Below, in pieces: positions 29,001 through 42,100 of a stretch of DNA of 64,000 nt. The notes below the pieces were generated by a model, which saw nothing but the letters and a program-made list of their open reading frames with translations, made no database searches and was not told where the DNA came from. Origin of the DNA: Macrostomum lignano (Eukaryota); the NCBI GenBank assembly GCA_002269645.1, contig NIVC01002158.1:124001-188000 (forward strand), in the 5' to 3' direction. Each line of letters begins with the position of its first letter. Positions within the stretch are counted from its first letter, which is position 1. Made by a program: the position numbers and the translations under genes.

Positions 29001-32000
29001 GCCGTCACCTCCGCTTTGCCGAGTGCTCCTTGGGCCTGCAGCCGAGTTCCGAAGTTCTCCAGTCGGACGCTGTGCGGACTGCTGTGAGCACCTTTTTCGG
29101 CGGAACCGAGTGCCTGAGTGGCGCAGATGTTCGCCCACCGCGGATTCAATGGCCTCGCCTTTGGCGTCTTTGTGAACACTCCACACGACGTCTAAAAGTA
29201 GGTAAATACTGCCCATTAGTTTTGCTTACCCAAAGTAGATTAGTATCTAGATATGGACGTACAGAATTGATATATATTTAACTAAGCAGCTTAAATACAC
29301 ATTTTATCATAGAAGAGACAAAATCCTAAGCACCATTATGTTGCTTACTTTTGATAAAAGGCAGCAGGCCAGTTGACTCAAAGCAATACTTGGAAACGCC
29401 AGAACGCTTGGCACCACGGAGACTGAACTGATGAGCAAGCTTGTCATCCATGATGTGGTATAAGATATTAGCGACGGACTTCATTAGAGTTTTGCTGGTA
29501 AGCCGCTTGAAGAACAGAAACTGAAATGTGTGGAATGAATTCGAATGGTAGACTAGAAATTGAATTAATAAACTACAAGACATTACACATTAATAGTCAT
29601 GTCTTGTAATGTGTTATATTCTCTCATAAAATACATGCGGCAGTTAAGCGGCATCCAGTCGCTTTTGTAAATCGTGCAATGATAAAAATCATACAAAATA
29701 CTAGCACTCACTGCATCATTTAAGCAGCCTCGATCACTTGTTAGTCGTGTGGCCCACTCAGTCAGTTTATCGACTTCGGTAAATGGCAGATCTTGAAGTA
29801 TAGGCCTGTCGGTTGGCTGTTGGCCGTGCTGGGCATTGCTGGAGTTTGCACCTGTACTACGAGACGAAGAGTTCTGCAGAGCAAGAAACTGCAGGTGAAA
29901 GTCTTTCACCTCTGTAGCCAGGCCACAAATCGCACCATGCATCGCGCGCTGGGTTGCTAAAATGAAGAAAATTATCGAGAAGATGTATCAGCCAGTCAGG
30001 GATAATAGTCAGTTAGTGACTCAAATAGATTATTCTCTATACAAACCAGATGAACCTCCGAAACGTTAAGTACAAATTAAAAAGTGTAAATCGCAGCAAA
30101 ACTCAGAATCATGCGGAGCTGAATGTTTAATAGTGCATTACGCCATTTTAATTTAAATCGTAACTTTACTTAATTCTGGAAATGAAGAGCTCGGATTAGA
30201 ACTTCTAAATTTTCTTATATCAGCGCCTCAGTAGCGAAAGAAATTTTTTTAGCTGGCTTACTTTCAATCCGCCGCACGGCTGTCACTAGAAAGTCCAATA
30301 TGTCTGCACGGCTCGCGTCGTAAACGCCAATCGCAGAGGCCGCGGCAGCTGCAGCAGAAGCAGGATGGTGCTGGATTCCATGCCCCATCGGAGAGGCCGC
30401 GGCAGATGCAGCAGAAGCAGGATGGTGCTGGATTCCATGCCCCATCGGAGAGGCCGCGGCAGATGCAGCAGAAGCAGGATGGTGCTGGATTCCATGCCCC
30501 ATCGGAGAGGCCGCGGCAGATGCAGCAGAAGCAGGATGGTGCTGGATTCCATGCCCCATCGGAGAGGCCGCGGCAGATGCAGCAGAAGCAGGATGGTGCT
30601 GGATTCCATGCCCCATCGGAGAGGCCGCGGCAGATGCAGCAGAAGCAGGATGGTGCTGGATTCCATGCCCCATCGGAGAGGCCGCGGCAGATGCAGCAGA
30701 AGCAGGATGGTGCTGGATTCCATGCCCCATCGGAGAGGCCGCGGCAGATGCAGCAGAAGCAGGATGGTGCTGGATTCCATGCCCCATCGGAGAGGCCGCG
30801 GCAGCTGCAGCAGAAGCAGGATGGTGCTGGATTCCATGCCCCATCGGAGAGGCCGCGGCAGCTGCAGCTAAATTGGTGCTGGTGCTGAAGCTGCCACAAG
30901 AAGACTGTGAAAACGGGCTCAGACTCGATGTAGTAGCATGAACTGCGCTTGCCAAGATGGCTTCATGTTGGATGGAAGCCAAATTCGAACTGCTGCTTAT
31001 TGTCAAAGGTGGCCTCGTGCCATCAGGTTGAAACTTTGGTGGCGCTGACGACTGTCCAGCACTCCGGCTGTTACCCAGTGTAGAGGATTTGCTCTTTGTC
31101 GTTCTCTTTCGGCCGGTTTTTCGAGTCTCAATGTCGAAATTCTCATTGTAATAGTGGTCGACAACTTGAATTCTTCGTGGAGCATCTATATCAGTAGAAT
31201 CAACTTCTCCCCGACTCTCGTACCGCTTCCGCAGGTTGACAGCAGCGGGAAATTGATCTGCATGAAGGGGAATAGACACATGTACATGTACACTATATAA
31301 AATTACATCCTTTATTATTAGCTATGAAAATTCGCTTTCACGTGGGACTTAGTCATCCCACATCTAATTAAACAAGAAAAAATATCAACCCCCCGATGTA
31401 GATAATAGGAGCCACATTGAAGTACTTTTTTCTAATGTATACAAGAAAATAGTACAATAATTGCACTTAAGACTGGCTTCATATGTAATCATAGGCATAT
31501 CATATATAATCTACCTATTTGAAAATAATTCTGCATTAGCACATAAACTCACCTCTCGATCCAATGATGTCGACTTTGTAAGGCAACCAACTATCGTCTG
31601 GGACTGACTTCGACTGGTTTGTCAAGCAAGCCTTGAACTTTTTCAGGGGAGGGCACAAGACGCTGTCGCTGCCCTGAAGCCAGGAACGACGAACGATTTC
31701 AATTTCTTCAGTTTCATTGAAGCGAACAACAACAAATGCATTCAGGTCGTTTAGACTCATTCATAGACTTGGCCCGAATATGCTGAAATAAAAGTTGGAG
31801 GGAAACAAAGCAAAGTTAGAAAAGCTATCGGATCGGAACACATTTTCCTTTATTATTTTATAGTACTATGGGTGAAAACGCAACGCATATATTTCAGAAG
31901 CCTACCTTCACTAAAAATCTGTTAACAAACAGCAAAACCATTTTGCGAAGCAAAGAAAACCATCTAAAAAGGGACTGTCATATATTTCGCATGTCTATGC

Positions 32001-35000
32001 CTAATCATGTCTAGGTCTATATGCGATTGTTGGAAAGAATTTAATATGAAAGCATGAAATTAGTGACAGCGTGAAATGATAGTATGTTCTTCCCACAAAC
32101 ATTTATATTTTCTAATATTACCTGCTTACTCAGTGGGAGTGGCTAAAAATGAAACCAACATTTGCTGAATGAGAAAGCAGCTAGCTAGAAGAAGTCAGAC
32201 AGAGAGTTCATTCAGTTGCTTCCAAACATTTGCAGAGAAATGCTTGATGTGCGTAGAAGCTACGCACAGTCGACCAATGTATGTAAAATAGGGAGAATGC
32301 AGGAACGATTTTTGAGACTTACAAGCATCGCTTTACCATAGAAATCAGTCCATCGTACAGTTACGAGTGAGTTGCTTAAAGTATTGACAACGGAAATGTG
32401 CAGAGACATTGAGTCGAAAGTTTCGTCGTAGAGGGCGGTTTGCTGAATAAATTTCTTGCCAACGAAAATACAACCGACATCAGTAGAAATTATATGAGTG
32501 ACTACAACTGCAAATCCATCTCGAGTTAAAATATAGCAGTCTGGATTAGCAACAGATATATACGTTCCACGCAATACAAGACTAACTTTACGGTAAATAC
32601 CAAATGTCTGAACTCCTTGCAATGAGAAGTCTACATTCGAAGATGCAATTGGACCGGAATATTCAAAAGGCGACTGAATAGAACACATGTGCTTAGGAAA
32701 AAAACCGAGAGTCACATCTCTCTCCAGAATTCGCTTCACAGTCTGCTCGAGAGCAAAACGTGGACTGCGAACAAACTGGGTAATAAAGCGGATAAAATTT
32801 TCGCCCCAAAAGCAACTAAAACTATCCAACGGACCACGTCGACGAACTTCTGAAGGAATATGAATTATTGAATGCACAGTGTACACGATAAACTCGTCAC
32901 CCCAAATAATTGCACATTCATTAACAATGTGCTTTGCCAAATCTTCGGCATAAGAGCAGTACGTTTGACAAACCAAAGGATGCGACAATAGGAAAACAAA
33001 CGAATGCAGAGAAAGAAATAATTGATACACAGATTCAGGGACGTTTCCAGCTAAAACAATTGGCGCCAAGTACAAAATAAACAATCTAAACTCAGTTGCC
33101 TTCCAAAGACCCACGCACTCAATCGACCGTGGCTTTCGTGCAAAATCATGCGGAATGCAAGACGAAATAGAACACAGATCAGCACTTATCTGACGAATAT
33201 TAGGTCCAGATGCTCGATGGGGCAAGCGTCCCTTACCGAGGAATTTTAAACATTTAGGAACAATACCCTCGTATATTAAGTGCATTGGATCCAGAGGAAA
33301 ATCATGAACCATGTCGATGGGCAAACTTAAAAAAGGGCTTGGTAGAAGAACATGATTTGGGTATACATCACCTCTGAAGCCAAAGTCAGTTCGTAGTGCA
33401 GCACTTAGGTCAGAAAATGTCACTCTTCCATTACAAAAGTCCCCTTCAACAGTGCACTTGTCGCAACCAAAGTATCCCCAACATGCTTTTGTTCCTTTTA
33501 CAAAGCTGCGTGCTGGTGAATCGCAGGTAATCATTGAAAGTTTAAAAGGTAATATGAGATCTGACTCTGAAGTGACAGTAGAGACAAATCCATCAGCCAT
33601 CAAATCACGCAATTCAGTAATACAGTCGGCAAGAAAGTCCGAAGCAGAGAGGGGTTTGCCAGTTCCATAGTAAAGCCCGATTATAAAAACAGAATGAGAC
33701 AAATTCGAAACTCTACCCAACACAGGCCACAATGTATAGGTAGTGCTATTGTGCACTTTTGCACCATCAACAAAAAGGTGGAGGTTCAAGGAATCCAGAC
33801 GAGAGCGTGATCCAATATTGCTCAGGAGAAAGTCAAGACCAGCTTTAACGCCAAAATGATAATATCGCCCTGGGTTGACATAGCGAAAAGTAAGCTCCCT
33901 TGGTGTAGTCATTAGTCCACGATAGTCAGCAGCTAGACCAGGAAACTCGTCTTGTAGATTCTGAAGCAAGTAGTTCACGCACGGCACTTCTGGGCCTGTT
34001 GCTTTAACCCAGTCTCGAAGCATGGCCTCGAGTCTCGCACATTGGTTGTCATCAGAATGAAGGGCTGATTCAATCGTTGAAGAAGTCAGGTTTCCTAAAT
34101 GTAAGAAATAAATAGCTAGAGTATTATCAAAAACTATTAAAAAGATTATGCACATACTTGTTGATAAAATCACATTTTTACTCTAAATTTTTGTTTAACT
34201 TTCAAAGTTACAGAAAAAATTTAAGTTAATTTATTTGTAAAGCAGAAATGAATAATGGATGGTGTAAGGTTCATATTCAGTTTAGAGGATCAAGCACACT
34301 AAGATGTCAATAAAAAGTGTTGAAAGCAATTAGGGGTTATTATAAAAAATAGATACATTCAATCTTACCAACATCATCACTAGTCATCTCCTGGTATTCA
34401 AGTTCCATTTGAGACTCTTCTGTGGGCTCAGGAGCAGCATGAATTCCAAGCTCTGCCATAGGCTCAGTTGGCTGTTGACTTGGATCTTCAGTGTGACATG
34501 GGCAATGCAGCATAACTGCAGCTTCCTCGTAGCTTCTCTTAATATGTCGTTGGACTGTTCGCTTACTGGCTCCATGAACAGATGTTGAGGAAAAACCTAG
34601 ACAAATTATAGAGAAATGGATGAAATGAAAGCCTCATAATTACGCCAGCATAATGAAGCCTTCTATGCCTTCAATACCTTGAGCAAGACCTAGCAAGAAA
34701 CTGTCAGTATCAAGATCATACCCTTGATAATGAGTACTCAACATAAGTATATGCTTATTGCAACATATATATAATATAAATTATAGCAAAAAATATGTTT
34801 ATATTACAAATCTAATATACAATCCACAAATTTCCTAAAACTTGCATCTTGTGCTTTAAAGAAAATAATAATTGTTTAACAACATTGCAAGCTTTATTTT
34901 CTCCAAACAGAAGCATTATAGATAAAAAAATTTACTCAAAGTTTTGCCAAAAGCAAAAATAAATCAAGTTGACAATTATCATTATGAACAAATCCCAAAT

Positions 35001-36120
35001 ACACCAAATTCATCATTTAGCATAGCAAACATTTTTATAGGCAAGGTTTGATTTAGGGTCTAATATAGTAGAACTAAAACTAATAAATATAATAAATAAT
35101 AAAACTAATATAGGGTCTTTAGGAGCATATATAAAAATTAACAAATTAGGTTGAATACAAATAGCCAGCATTATATACTTTTAAGCTTGATACTCAAGTC
35201 TCTTGAATTTTGACTAGCACTTCATATCCAACAAATAACTTTTCAATAAATTTTGTTTTATTTAAATTAATTTAGCTATCATTAGCTAGTTATTAAATAT
35301 AACATTTCTTATGAAACAATCTTATACCATAGTCCAGAAGAAGGCATCTTGTACCCCAGAAATTTCTAGGGTACACTCAAGAAATTTAGCATACATTGGC
35401 ATACACAAAAAGTGATTTTCTAAGGCTTTTGGCATATATGTTTAATATTTTTGTGACACACAAAGAATGAAAAGTTATGTTATTAATAATTGTTACAATA
35501 GTTGTCCATGCATACATTACTATAAAATTTGATATAAAATTAATGCAAAACTGAATTCTGTTTTTTATAAGTTAAAAGTCATGATTTTTAACAAAAATGC
35601 ACAAAGTTTACTTTTGTTTTTTTAATATATATAACATTATATAAATATAACTATAACTGTTATTTTTAGTTTTTAGCTCATCTCATTTAAATTAAATATC
35701 TAAATCACCCATCATGTTCCATCACTTATTCCTAGCAATTTAGATGTTTTGTGTAAAGTATTATAAATGGTATATATTGGCATTAAAAGAATGTTGACAG
35801 TTTTTTTGTGGGGCACATATAGTGTTCTGAACTATAGATCTTATACAAAAAATCTATGATTTGCAACACTTTTTATTTATAGTTGAAATTTGCTCTTTAA
35901 TCATTTCTAAGTCTATTTTACATCCAAAATGCAAAAAAACTTATTGATATTTGCAATCTACACTTTAATCTTTATTTTGGCAGTCTTAGTCTTACTTCTT
36001 ATAATAAAGGAATGTTTAGACAAACATTTTATGATATAGAGCAATAGGCCTAATATAGATATATAAATAGACTATACCAAATGGTATATAATTGAGGCAA
36101 ACTTGAACTAAAAATAGTTA

Positions 36121-36159
<39 letters not shown>

Positions 36160-39100
36160 CATATTTATACCAACAACATGAGTTTGTATTATATTTATAT
36201 TATAGGGCCTAGCAACATATTATACTAACTAACCTTAAGTATTAGGCCTATACTAACAAATGTTTGGCCTAAATAAGGCTAAGCATAACATAATCAAAAT
36301 ACTTTATATATTAGATAAGCATAAAAAATATATATTAGAAACAGAGTTTCATTGCATTATTATTTACCTACAACAACTGTGTCTTCACTTAGAGTAGGTG
36401 CAGAAGCAGATGGCCCAGACAAAAATACAATATTAGATGCTAGACCACTAAGGGCCTGGTCCTGATTATTTGCAACTTCAGGTTCAACTTGATCTTTGTC
36501 TATCTCTTGGGTAGTTTTGCAAGTTACAATCAAGTAAACAAAAAAAGCTATGGTTGTAATCCCAGGAGCAAACAAAAAAACTGGCATTCCCAACTTAATA
36601 TAGTAGCCAGGCTAAGGCCTAGGCAATAATATTTTTATGTTCTTTAAGTTTAAATTCAAGGGCTAGTGTAGTAGGAAGAGCTTTGCAACAACAGATTTTT
36701 ATCTAATTAATTTTAGTTACGTTTTTGTATTCTAGGCCTTCGACTTATGCCAACTTTAAAGCTAAGCAAACATGCAATAAACCAAATAAAAAGCTAAACA
36801 AAAAGTCAAATAGAAAGTTAGGTAAACAGTAGGCCTAAATAGCAACGATTTTTTTTGCAGCTAGAAATCCGTGTCGATGTGCCTGACGGTAGAAATTAAA
36901 TCAAGTTGGTTAGTAAAAACTGTAGCAGCTACATTTAACAAATCTTTACGTATACATTAAAGAAACAGATTCTTCTGAATTAGAATTACATAAATGAATA
37001 ACTCCGTACAATTTTAATTTAAGGAGCTCCCGAATCTAAACGAGTTGCAATAATTCAATTGCCAGAAATTCACACATTTGAAATCTTTTTCTATATCAAT
37101 GTTCCTGCAACAATTCAGCAACATTTTTATGTCAACGTTGATGCCAAGCGCGCGCTGTCAACAACGTCAATGTTGCAGCAACTAAAGATGGCACTAGGGG
37201 TAAGCATGTGAAATTAAATAATTAAGGCGACATAATCAACTTTGAAGCAAAGTAAAAGTTCATTATCAGTAAAAGTATCAACTAAAAGATGGAATTCATT
37301 AATACATAATTATGATTTTATTTTATTGTTTACAATGATTGTATCAGTTAAATTTTAAACTTTATCCCCTCTTTACTTATATTTTGAGGTGTCAAAATAT
37401 TTTGAATTGTTACTAATCTCTACATATTAAAATGAAAATTTGTAGGTAAAGAATAAATAGACCTGCTAAGCTACTGATGAGCTGTTAGCAATTACAAAAA
37501 AATATTTTAGTTAATTAACTTTGCTGCTCTGTTACTTGAGTTGAATCATTACAATAAAAAAGCTGCAAAAATTAAGGTCCCGCCATAGGCCTCGTCCTCT
37601 GCCTCGACTTTATCCTCTGCCTCGACTTTATCCTCTGCCTCGACTTTATCCTCTGCCTCGACTTTATCCTCTGCCTCGACTTTATCCTCTGCCTCGACTT
37701 TATCCTCTGCCTCGACTTTATCCTCTGCCTCGACTTTATCCTCTGCCTCGACTTTATCCTCTGCCTCAACTTTATCCTCTGCCTCGACTTTATCCTCTGC
37801 CTCGACTTTGTCCTCTGCCTCGACTTTATCCTCTGCCTCGACTTTATCCTCTGCCTCGACTTTATCCTCTGCCTCGACTTTATCCTCTGCCTCGACTTTA
37901 TCCTCTGCCTCGACTTTATCCTCTGCCTCAACTTTATCCTCTGCCTCGACTTTATCCTCTGCCTCGACTTTGTCCTCTGCCTCGACTTTATCCTCTGCCT
38001 CGACTTTATCCTCTGCCTCGACTTTATCCTCTGCCTCGACTTTATCCTCTGCCTCGACTTTATCCTCTGCCTCAACTTTATCCTCTGCCTCGACTTTATC
38101 CTCTGCCTCGACTTTGTCCTCTGCCTCGACTTTATCCTCTGCCTCGACTTTATCCTCTGCCTCGACTTTATCCTCTGCCTTGACATCGTCTTCTGGCTTG
38201 GCTTTGTCTGTTGAAGGCGTAAACATAGGTCTCCCATTTCAATAGTTTCAAATGAATCGTCAGTTGGTTGACTTTCCGCACCTAAAATACAAATAAAAAG
38301 AGTATTTATTAAAAAAATTAATGTTTACTTTAATATTAGTCCTAATATTTCCTATTAGCTTAATATAAAAATGTATTATTTACTACATGACTTCTTAATT
38401 GTAATATATTGTTTACATATATTATTAACAGTTTCACACAAATAATTTTGCCATAAGTAAAATAAACAAATCACAAATCAGCCTTACCTTTAGAGAAACT
38501 TGAATTTGAAGACAGATTCAAAAGATCCTCTGCCTCGACTTTATCCTCTGCCTCGACCTTATCTTCTGCCTCGACTTTATCCTCTGCCTTGACTTTATCC
38601 TCTGCCTCGACTTTATCCTCTGCCTCGACTTTATCCTCTGCCTCGACTTTATCCTCTGCCTTGACATCGTCTTCTGGCTTGGCTTTGTCTGTTGAAGGCG
38701 TAAACATAGGTCTCCCATTTCAATAGTTTCAAATGAATCGTCAGTTGGTTGACTTTCCGCACCTAAAATACAAATAAAAAGAGTATTTATTAAAAAAATT
38801 AATGTTTACTTTAATATTAGTCCTAATATTTCCTATTAGCTTAATATAAAAATGTATTATTTACTACATGACTTCTTAATTGTAATATATTGTTTACATA
38901 TATTATTAACAGTTTCACACAAATAATTTTGCCATAAGTAAAATAAACAAATCACAAATCAGCCTTACCTTTAGAGAAACTTGAATTTGAAGACAGATTC
39001 AAAAGACAGTATCTTCTTGGATAGTCTTTTCTGAAAACAAAAATGGAAATAATATATAAATTAGCTTTTAAAACAAAGATTAATTTTGCTTATTTACTCG

Positions 39101-42100
39101 TCCTATCTAAAAAAACATTAAACCTGATCTAAATAATGATGGCCTACCTTTAATGGTAGGCCATTCCATTAATGGCCTACCCAAATTTTAACCTGCATAA
39201 AGTTAATAGAACTTAATAATAATGCATGGGCTAGGCCCTACTACTGCTAAATAAACATAGACCTATAGTTGGTTTAAATAAAAACCTTGGTCTATACTCT
39301 AGGCCTTACTATATAGGCCCCACTATTTAACTTAATGCATAAAGTTTGATGTTGCCATTTTAATGCCTCTAGGAGCCAAGTTTAGATTTGCACTTAATCA
39401 AAAGTTTTGGTCAATGTAAAGATATATTAATTTATTAAATTACGCCTAGGCTGGGCCTCATTATAGCCAAACTGATTATCTATCTGACTAGGGGGCCTAT
39501 CTCTAAAACATCACAAAATGAGCCATGAGTGTAAACTGAAAATAGTAGGCCCTAAACAAACTTACCGATGCCAATAAATAGACTGACTTGCCATAGCTGG
39601 GTTTGTTGAGTTTAACCTGACTATAGGAGCATAATCACCAACTGGTTCGTTTTCATTTCTAAGATCAGGAAATGAAGCCTGGGGCTGAGCTTGGTCTCTT
39701 TCCTCGTCTACTTGCTGGGTTGATTTAGCGGACTATAAACAAACAATGGCTAGAAAGCCAGGAGTTTCAAATGAGAAAATTGGCACTGGCATCTTTTTGC
39801 TATTACTAGTTTTTATATTGTTAAAATTAAAATTACCTCATATAGCTAGAGAGCTTTTAAGCGATGGTAGAGAGAACAGACCACGCACGAGTTTCAATCT
39901 ACACGTAGTTCATGATGAATATTGTTCAGGAAAAAACTATTATACCGTATCAAACAAATGTAGCATACATATTTACCAACACTATGTTACTTTAAAATCA
40001 AACTATTTTGAAGAATATAATTATTTCTATTGTTTGTAGAAGTAACTTTTACAAAAAAGCTGGAAAAGATAAACTATTTCTTACTTTTTAAATTAATTGT
40101 TGATTGATAACATCGAAGCAGCGTGACAGCAATATAACAACATCAACGTTGATAAGAATTTTACAAGCGTCAACATGCCAATGTTGCAGCAACCTAATAT
40201 GGCACTAGGGGCAGCTTCTCCCAGATCCCAGATCCCCATAGACAGCAGCTACTCCCAAATCCCAGATCCCCATAGACTGAGCAGCTTCTCCCAGATCCCA
40301 GATCCCCATAGACTAGGCAGCTTATCCCAGATCCCCATAAACTGAGCAAATTGTCTTTAATTAGTTTCAGTTCAAGTTCGCCGAACTCCAAATGATGCCA
40401 TAAAGTAGTGGACCAATTGTTGGCTCAACAGATGCCAATAAAATGCGGTCAAAATCTTTATTAGAAACTCTGAAAACCTTCATGGTTTCAAAACTCTGTT
40501 GATGTATGTATAATTTAAAATACTCATTTCATTCACCCAACCGCTCCCATTGCGCAGTACCTGTCCAACCCAGACGAACGGCTTCGCTGGACGTCAAACG
40601 CTCTGCCTTCCGACGACCTGTGCACAGAGAACGCAATCATTCTGAAGCGATTCAACCGCTACCCGCTCATCGTTGACCCGTCTGGCCAGGCCACCGAGTT
40701 CATCACCAACGAGTACAAGGGCAAGAAGATCACCCGGACCAGCTTCCTTGATGATTCGTTCCGCAAGACACTGGAATCCGCTCTGCGTTTCGGCACACCT
40801 CTGCTTGTGCAGGATGTGGAGAGCTACGATCCCATACTCAATCCTGTGCTCAATAGGGAGGTCCGGCGTACCGGCGGCCGCACCCTCATGACGCTTGGAG
40901 ACCAGGTATGATGCTCGGGTCATGTACACTATCCACCGGGACTCGCTGACCAATGTGACTACCTTGACCTCCCTGACCTATCAGCTTTGACTACATTGAT
41001 CCACTGACTTTGACCTCCTTGACCTATCAACTTTGACTACCTTGACCCACCGACTTTGACCTCCTTGACCTATCAGGTTTGACTACCTTGACCCACCGAC
41101 TTTGACCTCCTTGACCTATCAGGTTTGACTACCTTGACCCACCGACTTTGACCTCCTTGACCTATCAACTTTGACTACCTTGACCCACCGACTTTGACCT
41201 CCTTGACCTATCAGGTTTGACTACCTTGACCCACCGACTTTGACCTCCTTGACCTATCAGGTTTGACTACCTTGACCCACCGACTTTGACCTCCTTGACC
41301 TATCAGCTTCGACTACCTTGACCCACCGGCTTTGACATCCTTGACCTATCAGCTTTGACCTCCTTGACCTATCAGCTTTGACCCCCTTGACCCATCTACT
41401 TAAACCAACTTGACCCAGGCGAGTATTTAAAATTTCATTTCTAAATATTTCTGCAGCTGTCTAAATCAATGAATCGACCCAATTTCGCAGGACATCGACC
41501 TGTCGCCAACCTTCACTATTTTCCTATCAACCCGCGATCCGTCCGTGGACTTCTCGCCGGACCTGTGCTCTCGCGTCACATTCGTCAATTTCACAGTGAC
41601 GCGCAGTTCGCTGCAGAACCAGTGCCTCAATGCAGTGCTGCAGGCTGAGCGGCCGGATGTTGACAAGAAACGGGGCGACCTGCTGCGCATGCAGGGCGAG
41701 TTCCAGGCTAGGCTGCGCCAGCTCGAGCAGGAGCTGCTCAGGGCGCTCAGCGCCGCCCAGGGCAACATTCTTAACGATGACGCCATCATCACCCAGCTGG
41801 AGACGCTTAAGAAGGAGGCTGCCGAGGTGTCGGCCAAGGCTGCTGAGGCCGACCAGGTGAGGCCAATCGGCATTTCGAGCCCAGCAACTGGGGATCTGAG
41901 AGGCTGGCCCAGCAACTGGGGATCTGAGGGGCTGGTGGCCCAGCAACTGGGAATCTGAGAGGCTGGTGCCCCAGCAACTGGGGATCTGAGAGGCTGGTGG
42001 CCCAGCAACTGGGGATCTGAGAGGCTGGTGGCCCAGCAACTGAGAATCTGGGAGGCTGTCCCAGAAACTAAGGATGTGGGAGGCTGGCCCAGCAACTAAG

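Larger units (their letters stand above)
27916..37200 (-). mobile_element. Inner CACTA/EnSpm (CMC) transposon, apparently autonomous, two genes, 9.3 kb
   Basis: Termini CCCCTAGTGCCAT (27916) and ATGGCACTAGGGG (37200), flanked by TAA on both sides. Subterminal AATGTTG/CAACATT repeats; contains a transposase and an accessory gene. Confidence 0.85.
27725..40211 (-). mobile_element. Outer CACTA/EnSpm (CMC)-type element, probably non-autonomous, inserted in a dynein intron-11 minisatellite
   Basis: Termini CCCCTAGTGCC (27725) and GGCACTAGGGG (40211). Flanks ...gggCA and CAgcttctccc rebuild one 29-bp repeat unit, giving TSD CA (or GCA if the right end is GGG). Confidence 0.8.
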
